DNA from: Candidatus Woesearchaeota archaeon
Lineage (GTDB): Archaea > Nanobdellota > Nanobdellia > Woesearchaeales > UBA583
NCBI GenBank assembly: GCA_965205335.1
Contig: OZ242164.1
Span: 224,001-288,000, forward strand
Length of the DNA stretch: 64,000 nt
Direction: 5' to 3'
The position numbers were made by a program, and so were the translations under genes. The notes beneath the pieces are model-generated. The model saw nothing but the letters and a program-made list of their open reading frames with translations, was not told the DNA's origin and searched no databases. This document shows, piece after piece, positions 62,101 through 64,000 of the stretch; positions within the stretch are counted from its first letter, which is position 1, and each line of letters starts with the position of its first letter.

Positions 62101-63320
62101 TAAATGAATCTATTGCTTTCAATCAGAGTTTCTATACTTTTTATCTTAATGAGAATGCAGATGGAAGTACAAATCCTATAACTATTGGCAAAGTGAACGC
62201 TATTAGTGGAAGTGGAATACCTGCATACTCTTTTCTTGATAATACATACAGCAGGAAATTTAATAACATAACTAACGATGGTGATATTAATTATATAGGA
62301 AATGGTGAAGATTATAATAATGAAGAAAATCAATTTAATTTAACAGTTGGGGCAAGGATTGATGGAAACTCTACTTCTGTTAATATTACCGTTAATATTG
62401 TTAATTCTAATGATACAGAGATTATACCTCTCCAATATAATGTAAAGACAGATGAAAAAGAGACTAACTCTAATGAAACAGGGAATTTACTTCCATCCCC
62501 TAATGTAAACACAGATGAAAACGAAAGTATCTCACCACCATCATCTACATCCGACAAACCAAAAAGTGGAAGTGGGAGCGGAGACAGTGGAAGAAGTAAA
62601 AAGAGTAAGCCTACACCAGAAGAAGAAGAAGAAGAAGAATATGAATATGAATTTAAAACAACAAGTTCAAGTGCAGATACAATTAAAATAACTTCAAATA
62701 AAATTGCAAAAAATATAAAAGTAAGTGCTAACAGAATCAGAAACACATCATCTACAATACAAAATATTCCAACTCCACAGGGAAAAGTATATGAATATAT
62801 TGAAATAACCACAAGCGGATTAGAAGATGATGAAATTGTTGGTGCAACAATTGAATTCTCTGTAAGTATAGAATGGTTGTCAGAAAATGGATTTGAAAAA
62901 GAAGATGTAGTGCTATTAAGATATAATGAAGACAAAAATGAATGGGAAGAATTTAACACTATTATAATCAGTGAAAATTCAACAGAAGTTAGGTACTCAG
63001 CAGATACATCTATGTTTTCAATTTTTTCTATAACAGCAAAAAATGAAGAAACTCCAACCACAACATCAATCCCTCAGACAGATTCTTCTATTGAGAAAGA
63101 GAATAAACTAAAACCACTAGCACACGAAGAAGAAACACATCAACAAGAAACAAACACAGTTCCTAACGACATAGAAACAAACATTCCACAAACACCAGCA
63201 CAAACGCAACCAATACAAGAAGAAAGTTCATCAACTACATTAATCTTCATCATACTTGGAATCATAATAATAATCACAGGAATAATAATATACATATCAA
63301 CCAGAAAAACTGAAGAATAG
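56118..63320 (+). CDS. 2400-aa surface protein: signal peptide, 2 cadherin repeats, capped ~23 plant-type LRRs, 12 cadherin repeats, PGF-pre-PGF-like domain, C-terminal TM
   Basis: LxxLxLxxNNLTGxIPxxLGxL repeats; cadherin motifs LDEN, ATDxD, DYE, NxNDNxP; GKVYEYIEI...ATIEFSV..EWL..NG...LLRY...W...TSMFSIFSI; TM followed by RK. Confidence 0.93.
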   Translation: MIQKTSIQQKVLKTTLTSLLIIALIGLTSSLAWGTQPQFNQSFYNFSFYEENDGTANYAYVGTVSANGSVGDTLTYSLEGHNQSMFRINSETGVITYIGPGEDYESANKLDHTFKAKVTNDNNENEVYVYVYVKDLNDNYPIFSQDIFYLYLDENANGSSNPVPIGNIIATDLDEGSLKYSITQGDINKFAINSTTGEVTYIGNGEDYESGIYQYNLKVQASDGTYHPKKDLIVIINDLENESRNYPNCSGTAALRGSTSKTDLIADCNTLLSFKKHIRAVNLNWDIYTRIGKWEGVTIKNNRVTKLYLRNKNLTGSIPKELGNLSGLVYLNMIFNNLTGEIPKELGKLSNSFELDLSYNNLNGEIPKELGNMASLIQLYLNHNNLTGSIPKELGNLHIYDLYLDHNNLTGEIPREFENLSLRSLRLSNNNLTGSIPSQIGDQNLKELFLNNNKLTGNIPTQIGSLTNLEDLYLNDNELTGSIPSQFGSLTKLENLYLNNNKLTRNIPTQIGSLTKLENLYMNNNELTGSIPSQIGSLTNLENLYMNNNNLTGNIPEELGSLIKLINLDLSYNNLTGSIPTQIGDLTNLINLFLNNNNLTGNIPEELGSLTKLINLDFSNNDLTGSIPTQIGDLTNLINLFLNNNNLNGSIPTQIGNLIDLVNLTINNNNLTGRIPRQMVSLWDLEKLFLNNNNLNGRIPSQLGNLRRLKYLHLNNNNLNEGIPIGFGYLEDLEEFFLNNNNLTGDIPYELARLGELSLFFLNNNNLTGEIPEEFGDLANLRILLMNNNNLNGSIPRELGNLSKLEVLDLSYNNLNGSIPEELENLPNLRSLNLSNNNLRSNPDNIEILPPQPNNNPVFNQNHYNFNLDENANGNPNPISIGTVNATDEDDDNLTYTITQGNTNKFNIHSGTGKITYTGNGEDYDSGTTQYTLTIQADDGQNNINAQVTISINNLNDNSPQFSRNSYTFSLDENADGNPNPVTIGTVTATDEDSNTLTYTITQGNTNKFDINSQTGKITYTGNGENYESGITQHTLTIRANDGQNNANAQVTININNLNDNSPQFGQSSYTFNLNENTDRNPNPVTIGTVTATDEDSNTLTYTIIQGNTNKFDINSQTGKITYIGTGEDYESGITQHTLTIRANDGQNNANAQVTININNLNDNSPQFGQSSYTFNLNENADGNPNPVTIGTVTATDEDSNTLTYTITSGNINKFDINSQTGKITYIGTGEDYESGTTQHTLTIRANDGQNNANAQVTININNLNDNFPAFTQNSYNFDIDENEDGNPNSVSLGTVNATDEDSNTLTYTITSGNINKFRINSETSEMSYIGTGEDYESGTTQYTLTVQANDGQNNANAQVTININNLNDNSPQFSQSFYTFSLNENADGNSNPVTIGTVTATDEDVGDTLRYSITSGNADNKYDINSTTGEITYIGSGEDGSTPMYSLNVSVTDTEFSDQTTVQIIINATSNNNNHPQFPTDVAYFDLDENLNGPIYVHELTATDDDVNDTITYSIASCDRSKFSINSSTGRAHYIGSGEDFESLVESGSTQFNCIIEASDGSLNDTIRLEINVVDVNEAPEFPGSGYASNDLDENIDGSSSNKFLHFTFATDPDDDNLTYSITEGDTSKFRVDESNGNLYYIGSGEDYEDLIDLGDNSYSVTITVSDGEHNDSYIFTLEILDVNDAPMFTGFETRGPMKAYFFNFDENLNGSSTPVFVGNVTATDDDEDNLTYSFTTAQTKFEINSSTGEITYIGSGENQEDEDSFRKAVQVSDGNLNVSVNVLISVNDVNEAPEFNQDSYNFILNENTNGSSTPFPIGTVTATDPEEDTLTYSILPGEIDKFQINSTTGEITYIGSGEDGSTSVYSLNVSVTDTEFSAQTTVQITINATVNTNNPPVFTELSHLSLAENRDGRTTAVYVGNATATDQDNDTLTYSITEGDTNKFNIDSSVGEITYIGSGENYESGNTQHNLTVQASDRTNDITAKVIINIKNINESIAFNQSFYTFYLNENADGSTNPITIGKVNAISGSGIPAYSFLDNTYSRKFNNITNDGDINYIGNGEDYNNEENQFNLTVGARIDGNSTSVNITVNIVNSNDTEIIPLQYNVKTDEKETNSNETGNLLPSPNVNTDENESISPPSSTSDKPKSGSGSGDSGRSKKSKPTPEEEEEEEYEYEFKTTSSSADTIKITSNKIAKNIKVSANRIRNTSSTIQNIPTPQGKVYEYIEITTSGLEDDEIVGATIEFSVSIEWLSENGFEKEDVVLLRYNEDKNEWEEFNTIIISENSTEVRYSADTSMFSIFSITAKNEETPTTTSIPQTDSSIEKENKLKPLAHEEETHQQETNTVPNDIETNIPQTPAQTQPIQEESSSTTLIFIILGIIIIITGIIIYISTRKTEE
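57759..58058 (+). repeat. near-identical 144-bp tandem duplication (two LRR units)
   Basis: aataataacttaactggaaatatccctgaggaattaggaagtcta starts at both 57759 and 57903. Confidence 0.85.
58680..60390 (+). repeat. 309-bp tandem cadherin-coding repeats
   Basis: atcaacaac(t/c)taaacga recurs at 58971, 59280, 59589, 59898 and 60207. Confidence 0.9.
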
Positions 63321-63505
63321 AAAAAATAAATTTAAAAGTATATGGTTACCAAAACTAGTTGAATATGTATAAATAATAACAAAATTTCTTTTTTTATGAT
63401 AAAATTTCTAAACAATAAATTTGTTATTAAAAAGAAGAAAATCTTATCATAATTACTAACTAGTGAGTAAAATATATTATAATATGATTTTATCTCCTCA
63501 TAAAT

Positions 63506-64000
63506 GTGAGAGAAGAAAAAGTATTAAAACAGAAAATTCTGAAAACGGTTTGGATACTTTTAATGTTCATTGTATTAATCTGCTTATCTGCAAACTCTGT
63601 ATTAGGGGAATGTGACGGCACTATAGCAGTTGGAAGTTCTACAAATGATACAGATTTAATCGCAGACTGTAAAACTCTGTTATCAATTAAAAAGCATTTT
63701 AATGCAAGTTTAGATTGGAGTGTTGACAAAAATATTAGTAATTGGGAAGGTGTTACGGTAAAAGATAACAGAGTAACTAAATTGGTATTGTTCCAAGCTA
63801 GTTTAGTTGGAGAAATTCCAAAAGAATTAGGCAATCTATCAAATCTGACTGAACTTGACTTGAGTAATGATAAATTCTTTGGAACAAAATCTAACAAGCA
63901 TAATAGCGAAAATAAAAATAGATTAAGTGGAAAGATACCAGCAGAATTAGGAAATTTAAAAAATCTGCAAAGACTCTTTCTTGGTAGTAATAATTTAACA
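63506..64000 (+). CDS. second LRR surface protein (paralog of 56118-63320), cut by the window end; not in the ORF track
   Basis: GTG start; (M)REEKVLKQKILKTVWILLMF...ECDGT...TDLIADCKTLLSIKKH...NWEGVTVKDNRVTKL...GEIPKELGNL; open to 64000. Confidence 0.9.
   Translation, partial: MREEKVLKQKILKTVWILLMFIVLICLSANSVLGECDGTIAVGSSTNDTDLIADCKTLLSIKKHFNASLDWSVDKNISNWEGVTVKDNRVTKLVLFQASLVGEIPKELGNLSNLTELDLSNDKFFGTKSNKHNSENKNRLSGKIPAELGNLKNLQRLFLGSNNLT

Noticed and set aside
62330-63897. Antisense ORFs 62330-63061 and 63490-63897, and similar shadows elsewhere (e.g. 4137-4532, 8182-8574, 51652-52140, 54567-55046)
   Set aside because: Mirror frames of well-supported genes on the opposite strand

Overview
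Low-GC archaeal chromosome segment, most consistent with a DPANN/Woesearchaeota-like organism. The evidence is an archaeal 23S rRNA, SBDS, Taw3, Trm1, DRG GTPase, S27ae, a PGF-pre-PGF domain, and TATA boxes about 20-25 nt before start codons. Core content: Zn ABC transporter with a Fur/Zur regulator, lipoate genes (lipA, split lplA/lplB), ftsY, a tRNA-Ala + 23S rRNA unit with no 16S or 5S beside it, rpl11-rps27ae, SOD, MutL, TrxB, MetAP, transketolase, GDH and four tRNAs (Thr, Ala, Lys, Phe). Accessory signals read directly from the DNA: (1) a 2400-aa surface protein joining ~23 plant-type LRRs and ~14 cadherin repeats to an archaeal anchor, followed by a tandem paralog and showing signs of module shuffling; (2) an ATP-grasp ligase + S66 peptidase + double-Lrp cassette bracketed by ~43-bp direct repeats next to an integrase remnant at tRNA-Thr; (3) a 128-bp MITE with perfect 17-bp TIRs and an 8-bp TSD; (4) one 54-bp promoter+start-codon block duplicated before two unrelated genes near tRNA-Lys; (5) an unannotated structured ncRNA candidate, possibly a degenerate 5S rRNA; (6) several interrupted genes. 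One of these is the normally essential map gene, so some single-base indels may be assembly errors. All family assignments come from motif recognition by eye; no database searches were run.
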